A DNA stretch of 32,000 nucleotides from Stappia sp. 28M-7 (GCF_014252955.1 NZ_JACMIA010000001.1:1974258-2006257); one strand, 5' to 3'. Positions 8,737 to 20,700 are shown, counted from the first letter of the stretch. Translations and numbers: made by a program. Notes: a model not told the origin generated them from the letters alone.

Positions 8737-9730
8737 TTACCTCCAGCCGGTTGCGGCGGACAAAGTCGGAGGGCGTCATGCCGTATTCGCGCAGGAACAG
8801 CTGCGAGAATCGGCTCGGATTGGCATAGCCCACCGCCAGCGCCGTCTCGGTCACCGTCGCCCCGTCGCGCGCCAGCAGCGTGCGCGCCTCCTCCATCCGC
8901 GACTTCTGCAGGAAGCTGTAGACCGGCAGGCCGAACTGCTGGCGGAACCCGTCCTTCAGCCGCTTTTCGCTGAGGCCGACGCAGATCGCGAGGTCGTGGA
9001 TGGTCCAGCTGCGGTCGAGCTGGCGCAACAGCGTGTTCTTCGCCTCGTTGAGCTTGCGCGAGTCGCGCAGGATCTTCGTCTTCTGGCAGAACAGCGGCTC
9101 GCGCATCATCGAGATCGCCGCGGTCAGCAGGTCGAGGCAGCGCGCCTCGATCGCCAGGTCCTCGCAGCAGCGGTCGAGCCCGCTGGCCACCAGCCCGGCG
9201 GCCAGCGCGTCGATCATTTCCGTCGCCGGGAACCGGCCGACCCAGAACGAGCCGGCGGCGGCGACGGTCAGCGGATGGCCGCCGAGCGCCTGCTCGAACA
9301 GGGCCATCGCATCGAGCCGGCGCAGGAATGCCTCGCTCACGCGGATCTCGATGCCGCGGAAGCGCGTGTCCGCCGGCACGTCGTAGACCCCGCAAATCGG
9401 CGTCTTGGAAAAGATCATCAGTGCCGAGCGCGGATCGTAGTCCAGCCGCACCGGATGCGGGTCGCCGTCCAGCGCGCGCAGCATGCTGCTGCCGGTCGCG
9501 TGCTGCAGGATGACGATGGTCAGGCCCGGCGCCATGTTGGCCGTGCGGCGGAAGCGGTCCTGCAATTGCAGGTCATAGACGGACAGTTCAAGCCCGAGCC
9601 GGATGCCGAAGCGACGGAACTCTCCGTCGACCGCCGTCTCCGTCAGGCCGCTGTGGCTTGGCTGCCGCGCCGCGAGATCGAGCTCGCTGGCAGCCTGGCT
9701 CAAAGGGCGCTCTTCGATGTTCAGAGCCAT
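8726..9730 (-). CDS. AraC-family transcriptional regulator, probable cluster-situated regulator (same genomic role as YbtA/PchR)
   Basis: The 334-aa ORF has a C-terminal double-HTH AraC signature (WTIHDLAICVGLSEKRLKDGFRQQFGLPVYSFLQKSRMEEARTLL ... ALAVGYANPSRFSQLFLREYGMTPSDF). GGGAGAGG RBS lies upstream of ATG 9730. It is divergent from the PKS-NRPS operon. Confidence 0.88.
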   Translation of the reverse strand: MALNIEERPLSQAASELDLAARQPSHSGLTETAVDGEFRRFGIRLGLELSVYDLQLQDRFRRTANMAPGLTIVILQHATGSSMLRALDGDPHPVRLDYDPRSALMIFSKTPICGVYDVPADTRFRGIEIRVSEAFLRRLDAMALFEQALGGHPLTVAAAGSFWVGRFPATEMIDALAAGLVASGLDRCCEDLAIEARCLDLLTAAISMMREPLFCQKTKILRDSRKLNEAKNTLLRQLDRSWTIHDLAICVGLSEKRLKDGFRQQFGLPVYSFLQKSRMEEARTLLARDGATVTETALAVGYANPSRFSQLFLREYGMTPSDFVRRNRLEVTGI

Positions 9731-9857
9731 TCGAACCTCTCCCAGGGCTGCGCACCAGAAAAGTGCCTAAGGCGGAAGGTGCACGCAAAAATAAGTATCC
9801 GATTGGGGCCGTGCCGGCCCGGATCGGGGTAGCGGGCCCGTCCATGATCTCCAATTC

Positions 9858-9874
9858 TTGACTGAAAAAGTCAA
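9858..9874. promoter_or_regulatory. Perfect palindrome TTGACT-GAAAA-AGTCAA; fits TGA-N9-TCA (RirA iron-responsive operator style); candidate metal-responsive operator
   Basis: Read directly in the lower-GC divergent intergenic region, 106 bp upstream of the PKS-NRPS ATG. TGA is at 9859-9861, N9 at 9862-9870, TCA at 9871-9873. The left arm also resembles a -35 hexamer. Confidence 0.35.
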
Positions 9875-9908
9875 CATTTAATCGCGCTCCCCCGAAACCC
9901 GCTTTTGC

Positions 9909-9928
9909 CGCGAATTGCGACATTCGCG
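9909..9928. promoter_or_regulatory. Second inverted repeat CGCGAAT-N6-ATTCGCG upstream of the PKS-NRPS gene; candidate regulator (AraC or other) site
   Basis: The 7-bp perfect arms were read directly. TGCGACA inside it (9916-9922) recurs as a direct repeat at 9954-9960. Confidence 0.25.
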
Positions 9929-9979
9929 TCAGGAAAACAGCGGGTTATCGCACTGCGACAGGTCAGCTGGAGTTTACGC

Positions 9980-11700
9980 ATGTCCGTTGTCTCGCCTGAG
10001 GTTCCCGCCGTCGAAACGCTGGTCGATGCCATTGCGCACTGGGCCGGGGAACGGGGGGAGGAGATCGCGCTCGACTTCCGCGCCCGCTCTGGCGCCGCGC
10101 CGGTGACGCTCACCTATGCGCAGCTGTCGGCGAGCGCCCGGGCGCTCGCCGCGCGGCTTTCGGAAAAGGGGAGCCGGGGCGAGCGGGTGCTGATCCTGCT
10201 GCCCTCCGGCATCGACTACGTGGTGGCGCTGCTGGGCTGCATGCAGGCCGGCTTCATCGGCGTTCCGGTCAACCTGCCGGGTCCCTCGCGGGTCCGCCGG
10301 GTGCTCGGCAAGGTCGGCCCGATAGCGGCAGACTGCCGGCCCGCCTTCATCGTCACCACTGAGGAGATCCGCCGCCAGTCGCAGGCCGACCTGGAGGCCT
10401 TCGCGCAGGAGGCCGGGGCTCGCGTCCTCATCCTCGATGCGCCGTGCGAGCGGTGCGCGTGGCAGGGTGATCCCCTTCGCGGCACGGACACCGCCTTCCT
10501 GCAATACACCTCTGGTTCCACCGGCGAGCCCAAGGGCGTGATCAACGGCCACGCGCCCCTGATGCGCAACCTGCGCTTCATCGCCCGCCTGCTGGCACCG
10601 AAAGAACGGCCCGTCGTCGTCAGCTGGCTTCCGCTCTATCACGACATGGGGCTGATCATGGGGGTGTTGGCGCCGCTGGTGGCCGGCGGCAAGGCCGTGG
10701 TCCTGTCGCCGACCTCCTTCGTCGCCGATCCACTCCACTGGCTTGAGGTGGCGTCGGCGGAAGGGGCGGGCATGATGCCGTGCCCGGCCTTCTCCATGGA
10801 TGCCTGCGTCGAGCGCTACGACGCTGCACGCTGCGCCGATCTCGATCTCAGCCGGGTGGAGAGCTTCATTCCCGCCGCCGAGCCGGTGCTGCCGCGCCAG
10901 GTCGCGGCCTTCCGCGACACCTTCGCCCCGCATGGGCTGAGGCCGGAGGCGATCCGCCCGGCCTACGGTCTTGCCGAGGCGACGCTGCTGGTGACCACCG
11001 GCTTCGAGCCCGCCGGCCCGCGCCATCTCGCCGTCGATACCGCCGCCCTGGAGGAGGGGCGCGTCGTTCCGGTCGCGGAGGCGGCGGCGGCTGCCTCGCG
11101 CATCTATGTCTCCAACGGCGCGGAGACGGACGGTCAAGACGTGCGGATCGTCGATCCGCAAACGCTGGAGACCCTGCCCGAAGGGCGGGTCGGCGAGATC
11201 TGGGTCGGCGGCGACGAGATCGCCTGGGGATACTGGGGCAACGAGGCGGCCAGCGCGGCGACCTTCCGTGCGGTTCCCGCCGACGGTGCGCCGGAGCATG
11301 CGTTCCTGCGCACCGGCGATCTCGGCTTCCTGCAGGACGGCCATCTCTATGTGACCGGCCGGCTCAAGGACATGATGATCCTGCGCGGCCAGTGCCACTA
11401 CCCCAACGACCTGGAGGCAAGTCTCGTCGGCGCGCATCCGGCCATCGTCGGCGGCGCAGCGGCGGCCTTCGCCGTCGAGGACGCACAGGGGCGCGAGGCG
11501 GTCGTGCTGGTGCAGGAGGTGCGCCGCGACGGATCCCTCGATACGGGCGAGGTCGAAAGCACCATCCGCGAGGTGATCGCGCGCGAGCACGGCCTGGCGC
11601 TCGCCGATGTTGTGCTCATCCGCAAGGGGACGTTGAAGCGCACCACCAGCGGCAAGGTCCGGCGGGCGGAGATGCGCCGCGCCTATCTTGCCGGCGAGCT
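9980..11700 (+). other. Domain: fatty acyl-AMP ligase (FAAL) loading domain
   Basis: Motifs: FLQYTSGSTGEPKGV (A3), SWLPLYHDMGLIMG (FAAL/FadD32-type motif), YGLAEATL, GDLGFLQDGHLYVTGRLKDMMILRGQCHYPNDLE. The domain is fused directly to a carrier domain. Confidence 0.85.
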
Positions 11701-14700
11701 GGTTCTTGCGGTGGCGCCCGTGGCCGACGAGCCGGCCTCCCGGCCGGCGCCGGCAGCGGACGGCTACCGCGCGCTGGTGGCGGAGATTGCCGCCCGCGCT
11801 CTCGGCCTCGGCTCGGCGCGCCGGATCGACCCGCAGGCGAGCCTTTTCGCTCTCGGCTTCGATTCCCTTGCCGCGACGCAGGCGATTGCCGCGCTCGAGG
11901 CCCGGCTCGGCCGCCAGCTGCCCGAAGGACTGCTCTTCGACCATCCGACGGTGGCATCGCTTGCCGACTGGCTGGCCCGCGCCGAACAGGCAGACAGCGA
12001 GCCTGCGCAGACGTCGGCCGCCTCCCGTGCCGATGCCCGAGCCGCATCCAGTTCCGCCCCGCGCGCCGAGCCGCTGGCGATTATCGGCCTGTCCTGCCTC
12101 TTTCCCGGAGGCGATGAGGACTTCGACGATCCCGCGCGCTTCTGGTCCTTCCTCATGGAGGGCGGCGATGCGGTGCGCCCGCTCAGCCCCGCGCGCTTTG
12201 CCCCGGAACCGGAGATCCCCGGCTTCGGTGCCTGCCTCACCCGCGTCGACGGGTTCGACGCAGCCTTCTTCGGCATGGGCGCGCGCGAGGCGATCAACAC
12301 CGATCCGCAGCAGCGCCTGCTGATGGAGGCCGCCTGGCATGCGCTGGAGGATGCGGGCATTCCCCCCTCAAGCCTTGCCGGCACGGATACTGGCGTCTTC
12401 ATCGGCATCGGCACGGGCGATTACGGCCACATTCCCTTCGCCACCGGCGACCGCTCCCACCTCGATCCCTATTACGGCACCGGCACGGCCTTTGCCGCCG
12501 CCGCCGGCCGGCTTTCCTTCTTCTTCGACTGGCACGGGCCGAGCCTTGCGGTCGACACGGCCTGCTCCGCCTCCCATGCCGCCGTTCACAGCGCCTGCCA
12601 GGCGCTGCGCCTTGGCGAATGCGGGGTGGCGCTGGCCGGCGGCGTCAAGCTGCAGATGTTGACCGAGATCGACGTGGTGCTGGCGCGCGCCGGCATGCTG
12701 GCCCCCGACGGGCGGTGCAAGACGTTCGATGCCTCGGCGGACGGCTATGTGCGCGGCGAGGGGCTCGGCATGGTGGTCCTGAAGCGCCTGTCCGACGCGC
12801 TGCGCGATGGCGACCCGATCCGGGCCGTCGTGCTGGAAAGCGTGCTGGCGCAGGACGGCGCCAGTGCCGGCCTGTCTGCGCCCAATGCCGCCGCGCAGCG
12901 CCGGATGATCGAGACGGCGCTGACGCGCGCCGGCCTGACGCCCGGCGATATCGACTATCTGGAGCTGCATGGCACCGGCACCCGGCTCGGCGATCCCATC
13001 GAATATCGCGCGGTGCGCGATGTCTTCGCCGGCCGGCCGCAGGACGATCCGCTCTATCTCGGCTCGGTGAAGACCAATATCGGCCATCTGGAAGCGGGAG
13101 CCGGCATCGCCGGCCTGATCAAGGCGGTGCTGGCGGTGGAGGCCGGGCAGATGCCGCCGCATCTCCACCTCAATGAGGTCAATCCGGAGATCGGCCTGGG
13201 CGAGATCCCGGCCGTGGTGCCGGACCGCGCGACCGACTGGCCGCGCCGGGGTTCCCTCCGGCGCGCCGGCGTCACCTCCTTCGGCTTTGCCGGCACCATC
13301 GGTCACATCCTGCTGGAACAGGCGCCAGAACAGGAGCCAGAACGGGCGTTGGAGCGCGCACAGGAGACCGAAGGGAGCGAAGCGGAGGGCAAGCCGCCGC
13401 TGCTCCTTGCCTTCTCCGCCCGCAGCCGCGAGGCGGCGGACGGCCTGCGCCGCGCCTTCGCCGAGCGCCTGTCGCAACCGGGCACAGACGCCCGCGCGCT
13501 GGTCAACGCGGCCGCCCATCACCGCGACCATGAGGCGGGGCACCGCATCGCCGTCGCCGCCGGCGATGCGGCGGGGCTCGTTGCCGAGCTGGAGCGCGCG
13601 GTCTGCGAGGAAAGTCCGGCTGCACCCGCCCGCGTCGCTTTCCTCTTCACCGGGCAGGGCGCGCAATATCCGGCCATGTGCCGGGGGCTCTACGAGGCCG
13701 AACCGGTCTTCCGCGAGGCCTTCGACCGCGCCGACGCTGCCCTGCAGCCGCATCTCGGCCGCTCGATCCGCGATCTCGTCTTCTCCGCCAGCGAGGACGA
13801 GCTTCGGCGCACGGAGTTTGCCCAGCCGGCGCTCTTCGCCGTCCAGTTCGCGCTGGCCCGGCTCTGGCGTGCCTTCGGCATCGAGCCCGCCGCCGTCATC
13901 GGCCACTCCATCGGCGAGTTCGCCGCTTTTGTTCATGCCGGGATGCTGGAGCTCAATGATGCAGCCCGCATCATCGCCCGTCGCGGCCGGTTGATGCAGG
14001 AGCTCCCCGAGGCCGGCGCGATGCTCGCCGTGCGCCTGCCCCAGGACGAGGCCGAGGCTCTTGCCGAAGAGCACGGCCTGTCGCTCGCCGCCGTCAACTC
14101 CTCCGCCGATGCGGTGCTTGCGGGAAGCGAGGACAAGGTGGACCGGCTCGCCGCCATGCTGGAGGGGCGGGGCGTCAGCGCCCGCCGCCTGCATGTCTCG
14201 CACGCTTTCCACTCGGCCTTGATGGAGCCGATGCTGGCGCCCTTTGCCGAGGTCGCCGGGGATATCGTTCTCGGCGATCCGCGCCTTCGGGTCTTCTCCA
14301 CCGTCACGGGGGCGGAACTGGAGCGGGCGCCCGGCGCCGACTACTGGGGCACCCAGGCGCGCCGCACCGTCCGCTATGCCGAGGCGCTCGCCCGCGCCTT
14401 CGAGGCCGGCTTCGACACCTTCGTCGAGATCGGCCCCCGGCCGGTGCTCACCATGCTGTCGCAGCGCGAGGCCCAGCACCACGATCTGACCGGCGCGCTG
14501 TTCCTGGCGAGCGCCGCGCCGGACGATGCCGGCGGCCTGATGCTGCGCCGCAGCCTTGCCGCGCTCTACCGGCGCGGCGTCGATGCCAATCGCGCGGCCG
14601 TGTTCCGGGGCGAGCGCGCGCGGCCCTCGCAGCTGCCGCTCTACCCTTTCGCGCACAAGTCCTATTGGCTCGACTACAGCGCCTCGCAGCCGACGCGTGC

Positions 14701-17700
14701 CGCCCTTCCGGCCCCGGGGCGCGACAGCTCCGGCGTGCTGCCGCTCTACCAGGTGGAGTGGGAGCAGGTCGAACTGCCCCCGGCTGCGCCCGCCGCCGCA
14801 TCTGTCCCCGGCGCTCCGCTGCTTGCCGTCGGCGGGTCGCCGGACCTTGTCCGCGCACTTCGCGCGGCCGCGCCGGGGCGGGAGATCGCCGCTTGCGGCA
14901 GCGATGAGCAATTCGCCGGAAATTCGGAACAGCCGATCGTCTGGCTCGATGGGTTCGGGGTCGAAGGGGAGGCCGCGGACCCTGCATCCTGCGTCTCGAA
15001 CTTGTGGAGGTTGATACGCCTTTCTCAAACCTTGCAGTCGACTTCGCAAAAATTCCGCATCCTTCTCCCGACCTGCGGAGCGCAGGGCGAAAACGGCACG
15101 AATGCGCCATTTCAGGCCGCATTCTGGGGGGCGGCGCGCTCGCTTTCGATCGAATGCCCGGATCTCCAGATCCTGCTTGTCGACATCGATCCGCGATGCG
15201 ATCCCGCCGGGATATTCACGGAGCTCCTGCCGCGCCTCGATGCCGTTTTCGAAGAGCAGGACATGCTGCAGGCGCGTGCCGACGGCTGGTTCTCGCCGCG
15301 CATAACGCCGCTCGAGGCCGCGGCCTCGCAAGATACCGGCGACCTGCCGGTCGACGGGGCATATCTCGTGTGCGGCGGGGCCGGCGCGACCGGTGCCCAT
15401 GTGGTCGAGTGGCTGGCTGCAAGGGGCGTGCGGCACATCGTCGTCACCGCCCGCAGTGCGCCGGGACCAAGGGTCCGCGCCGCCCATGAGCGTTTGCGGC
15501 TTGCCGGCGTCGACATTCGCCATGTCGAGGCGGATGTCGCCGACGAGGCGGCGATGGCCGCCGTTCTTGCCGGCATCGACGGGGACAACGTGCCGCTGCG
15601 CGGCGTCTTCCATTGCGCCGGCATAGGCCTTTTCGACACGCTCGAAGAGCTTGGCGAGGAGAATTTCTCGGCCGTTTTGCGCTCCAAGCTGGAGGGCTCG
15701 GCGGTGCTCCACCGCCTGACCGAGCACCGCACCGATCTTGCGGTCTTCGTGCTGTTTTCCTCCATCTCCGGCGTGTGGGGATCGCGCCTCCAGATCCATT
15801 ACGGCGCCGCCAATGCCTACCAGGATGCCCTTGTGCGCTCGCGCCGCGCCCGTGGTCTGCCCGGCTTGTCCATCGCCTGGGGGCCGTGGGGCGGCAAGGG
15901 CGGGCTCTCCGACCTGGAGGATAACCTTCTCGACCTGCTGCGGCGGGCCCGCATCCACAAGTTCGAACCGGCACGCGGCATCGCCACGCTGAACCGGCTC
16001 GTCGCGGGACCCGGCGGCAATGTCGTCGCCGTCGATGTGGAATGGCCGGCCTTCGCGCCGCTCTATCGCGCCTTCGGGCGCAGCGACTTGCTGGCCCGTG
16101 TCGCGCCGGCGCTTGCCGGGCCGGTGGAGGGCGAGCATCCGGACTGGTCGCGCCTGTCGGAAGACGAGCGTCGCCAGACGGTCGGCGCTTTCGTCGATGC
16201 GGCGCTGCGCGAGGTGCTGAAGGTCGATGCCGGGGTTCTGACCGACGAGGCGGACCTGATCGGCCTCGGCCTCGATTCCATTCTGGTGATGGACCTTGCC
16301 CGGATCGTCACCCGCGATCTTGGTCTTGCCTGCCCCTTGCGGGCGATCTTCGAGAACGCGACGCCTGGCCGGCTGCGCGCCCACCTCGTCGACCTCGCCG
16401 GAGAGGCGGAGCCGGCTCCAGGCGGCGGGGACACGTTGCCCGGCAGCGGCGGGCAGGGCCTGATCCTTGCCGATCCCAATGCCCGCCACGAGCCGTTCCC
16501 TCTCACCGAATTGCAATACGCCTACTGGGTGGGGCGCGATCCGAGACATGTCCTCGGGGGCATCGCCTGCCACGCCTATCTTGAGACCGAGCCGGATACC
16601 CCCTTCGACGTGACCCGTCTGGAGGATGCCTGGAACCTGCTGATCGCCCGCCACGACGCGCTTCGGCTGGTCGTCGACGACAGCGGCCGCCAGCGCATTC
16701 TGGAAGAGGTTCCGCGCTATCGCATCGAGGTAACGGATCTTTCCAACGCGGATCCGGACCGCATCGCCTATCACCTGCTGGAGATGCGCGAGACCCTGTC
16801 GCATCAGGTGCTCGATCCCTCGGCCTGGCCGATGTTCGACATCCGCCTGACGCGCATGCCCGGCGGCCGCGACCGCCTGCACATTTCCATCGACATGCTT
16901 ATCAACGATGCGATGAGCAGCCAGATCCTCTGGCAGGAATGGCAGGCGCTCTACCTTGCAGGCTCGCCCGAGGCCGCCGGCCTGCCGCCCTTCACCATCT
17001 CCTTCCGCGATTATGTCCTGGCCAAATCGGCCCCGGATGCGGAGCGCAAACGGCGCCAGGAGATCGACCGCGCCTACTGGATGGCGCAGCTCGACGAGCT
17101 GCCGCAAGGTCCGCAGCTGCCGCTGGCGCGTGCGCCGGAACATATCGGAGTGCCTCGCTTTTCCCGGCTTCAGGCAGGTCTCGACGCGTCCCGCTGGGAG
17201 GCGCTGAAGGCGCAGGCCCGCGCGGTCGGGGTGACCCCGGCTGGCCTTCTCGTCGGCGTCTTCGGCGAGGTGCTCGCCGCCTGGAGCGACCAGGCGCGCT
17301 TCTCGCTCAACCTGACGATCTTCGACCGTCTCGCCCTCCACGAGGACGTGCCCCGGCTGGTCGGCGACTTCACCTGCCTGACCCTGCTTCCGCTCGACTT
17401 CGGTACGGCCATGCCGCTCGGCGAGCGGTTGCGCGAGGTGCAGGGGCGCATGTTCGAGGCGCTGGAACACCGGACCTTCAGCGCGGTCGACGTGCTGCGC
17501 GAGTTGAACCGTGGCGGCTCCGGCCGGCAGTTTGCAGCGCCCGTGGTCTTCACCAGCCAGCTCGGCATGCAGGACCCCACCAAGGGCACGTCGGAAGGAG
17601 ACGTGCTCGGCCGGCTTGTCCACGGCATCACGCAGACGCCGCAGGTCTGGCTCGACCATCAGGCGGGCGAGCAGGACGGCGGGCTCGTCTACAACTGGGA

Positions 17701-20700
17701 CGTGGTCGACGGGCTGTTCCCGGCGGGACTCGTGGAAGGGATGTTCACGGCCTATGGGGCGGTGCTGGAGCGGCTGGCCGACGAGGCGCAGGCATGGGGC
17801 GAGCCGGTCGGCGACCTCAGGCCCGAGGACCAGAGAAAGGTGCGCCGTGCCGTCAACGAGACAGCACGCGAGTTGCCGCTCGACCTGCTCGATGCCCCGT
17901 TCTTCCGCAACGCGCAGGCCAGGCCGCAAGCTTTGGCGCTGATTTCCGGGGTGAGGTCCTACTCCTACGGCGAACTGGCCGGCTGGGTCGGCAAGCTTGC
18001 CGGCGGGCTCCGTCAGGCCGGCATCCGTCATGGCGAGCGTGTCGCCGTGCTGATGGAGAAGGGCCCCGAGCAGGCCGCCGCCTGCCTCGCCATCCTGTCG
18101 CAGGGCGGCGTGTATGTCCCCGTCGATCCGGCGATCCCCTCGCAGCGCTTTGCCAGCATCGTGGAGACGAGCGGGATCCGGCTCGCATTGACGCAGACGC
18201 GGCTGATCGGGCGGCTGCCGGAATTTTCCGGGAAACTCATCCCCGCCGACGAAGATGCCTGCAGGGACTTCGAGGAAGCGGGTCCGGCGAGCGGGCGCGC
18301 TCTCTCCGACGAGGCCTATGTCATCTACACCTCCGGCTCGACCGGAACGCCCAAGGGCGTGCTGATCGACCATCGCGGGGCCTCGAATACGGTCCTCGAC
18401 ATCAACGCCCGCTTCGGCGTCGATGAAAACGACCGCATCTTCGGTTTCTCGGCGCTCGGCTTCGACCTGTCGGTCTACGATCTCTTCGGCGGTTTCGCGG
18501 CCGGAGCGGCGCTCGTCCTGCCCGACCCGGAGGGAACGCACGATCCCTCGCACTGGGCGGAGCTGATCGCCCGCCACGGCGTCAGCGTGTGGAATTCCGT
18601 CCCGGCGGTCTGCGACCTGCTGCTCGGCGAGACGGAGGCAGACCTTTCCAGCTTGCGCCTCGTCCTGCTGTCAGGCGACTGGGTGCCGCTGAAACTGCCG
18701 GCGATCCTGCGCGAGCGGGTGCCGGGCGCACGGCTCATCGCCATGGGCGGGGCGACCGAGGCCTCGATCTGGTCCAACTGGTTCGAGGTGGAGGAGGTGC
18801 GTCCCGGCTGGACGTCGATCCCGTACGGCACACCGTTGTCCAACCAGAGCTACCGGGTGCTCGATACGCGCCTGCGCGATCGACCCGACTGGGTGATCGG
18901 CGACCTGCATATCGGGGGCGTCGGTCTTGCGCTCGGCTATGAGGGGGACAAGGAGCGGACCGAAGCCGCGTTCATCCGGCACCCGGACGGCGAGCCGCTC
19001 TACCGGACCGGCGACATGGCGCGCTACTGGCCGGACGGGGTCATCGAGTTCCTGGGCCGCCGCGATACCCAGGTGAAGATCGCCGGCCATCGCATCGAAC
19101 TCGGGGACATCGAGGCCGCTCTGGCCGGTCATGCGGGGATAAGGGACGCGGTGGTCGATGTCGTGGGCTCGCAGGAGCGCGGACGCCGGCTGGTCGCATG
19201 GCTTCGGCTCGAAGGCACTCACCCGGACTTCCACGAGGACCTGACCGCCGATCCCGTGGAGGCGGAAGCGATTGCCGCGTCCCTCGGGGATACGCTTGCC
19301 GGCGGCATGGCAGCCGTCGCCTTGCCGAAGGGCAGGACCGGTGCCTATGCGGACTGGCAGGCCGGGCTTGCGGCACGGATGCTTGCGGATCTCTTCGCCG
19401 GAGCGGGGCTGCTGGGTGAGGGGGAGAAGTCCTTCGACAAGCAGGACGCGGAGACCGCACTTGGACTTGCGGCGGAGTTCAGCCCGCTGCTCCCGCGCTG
19501 GCTCGCCCATCTGGAGCGGCTCGGCGTGGTGCGACGCGAGGGCGAGCGGTTCGCGCCCGGCGTGCTGCCGCTATCCTGGGGGGACATGGAGCGCCGGGCC
19601 GGCGAGGCGGGGCTCGCCCCCGCTCTGCTCTCCCGCGTCAAGGCGCTGGTGCCGGAGCTTGCCTCCGTGCTGCGCGGCGAGACGGATCCGCTGGAACTCT
19701 TCTACGCGGATGGGGCCGATCTCAGTCCCGAACGTCTGGCCCGGCTGCATCCTTGCGCGGTCGATGCCCATCGCCGGATCGGCGAAACGCTCGCGGCCAT
19801 GGCCGAGACCGCCGGTCGGCCCTTGCGCGTTCTCGAGATCGGCGCCCGCGCCGGCGTTGCCACCCGCGACTGGCTGGCGGGGCTGGTAGAGGCGGCGGGG
19901 GACCTGCCTGCGCACACGCGTGTCGATCTCGTGCTTGCTGATCCCTCGCCCTTGCTGCTGGCAGACGCCCTGCGCGACCTGCCGGGCGGGCTCCAGGCGG
20001 CAACCGTGGTGTTCGATCCCGAAGGCACCGTGCCGCCGGATCTCGAACCCAACAGCTTCGATGTCGTGCTTGCCTTCAACGCCCTGCACCGGGCGCGCGA
20101 TGTCGGTACCGTGCTGGCTGCCGTCCGCTCGCTGCTGAAACCGGCGGGGCACCTGCTGGCGGTGGAACTGACCGTCAACGGTCCGATGATCGACCTGACG
20201 GCCGGCGTGATCGAACGCGGCTTTGCCGGACTGGCGGACGGACGCAAGCAGAGCGGGCTGCCGTTGATGGCCGCTTCGGCCTGGACGCAGAGCCTCGATG
20301 AGGCCGGCTTCGACGCGGCCATGGCTCTCGACCCTGCCGATAACGGCGATCTCGCCGTGCTGGCCGCCCGCAACGCCGATCCGGCGGTGCGCTTCCGTCC
20401 CGAACGGGTGATCCGCCATCTGGAAGGACTGCTGCCGGCCTATATGGTTCCGCGCCAGGTGGTGCCGCTGGCCGCGCTGCCGCTGTCGGCCAACGGCAAG
20501 GTGGACCGCAAGCGCCTGCCGCTGCCGGGCGAGGTCGCGCCGGAGCAACAGGCGCTCGCCGCCCCGCGCAGCGAGAGCGAACGCCGGCTTGCCGCGATCT
20601 GGAGCGAGCTCCTCGGTCATGCGGTCGGGCGGGATGCCAATTTCTTCGCGGCCGGGGGCGACAGCCTGATCGCCGTGCGGATGGCCGAACGCATTCGCGC

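Noticed and set aside
9858-9886. TTGACT as the -35 element of a sigma-70 promoter for the PKS-NRPS operon.
   Set aside because: No acceptable -10 hexamer lies at 16-18 bp spacing. TTTAAT at 9877-9882 is only 13 bp away. I therefore report only the palindrome and not a promoter call.
9905-9979. Upstream TTG start for gene 1 given by the ORF track (MPRIATFASGKQRVIALRQVSWSLR...).
   Set aside because: It has no RBS, and the extension covers the inverted-repeat regulatory region. ATG 9980 has GGAG at optimal spacing and gives a typical FAAL N-terminus.
12368-18577. 2069-aa ORF on the minus strand, antisense to the PKS-NRPS gene. Similar long antisense or alternate-frame ORFs occur at 9974-12340, 19571-22579, 22585-24420, 24427-26856, 25137-28289, 26893-29283 and 30354-31724.
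   Set aside because: The translations are Arg/Gly/Ala/Pro/Asp-rich low-complexity strings with no recognisable motifs. They lie opposite frames that carry dense, ordered catalytic motifs. Long stop-free shadow frames are expected at this GC content.
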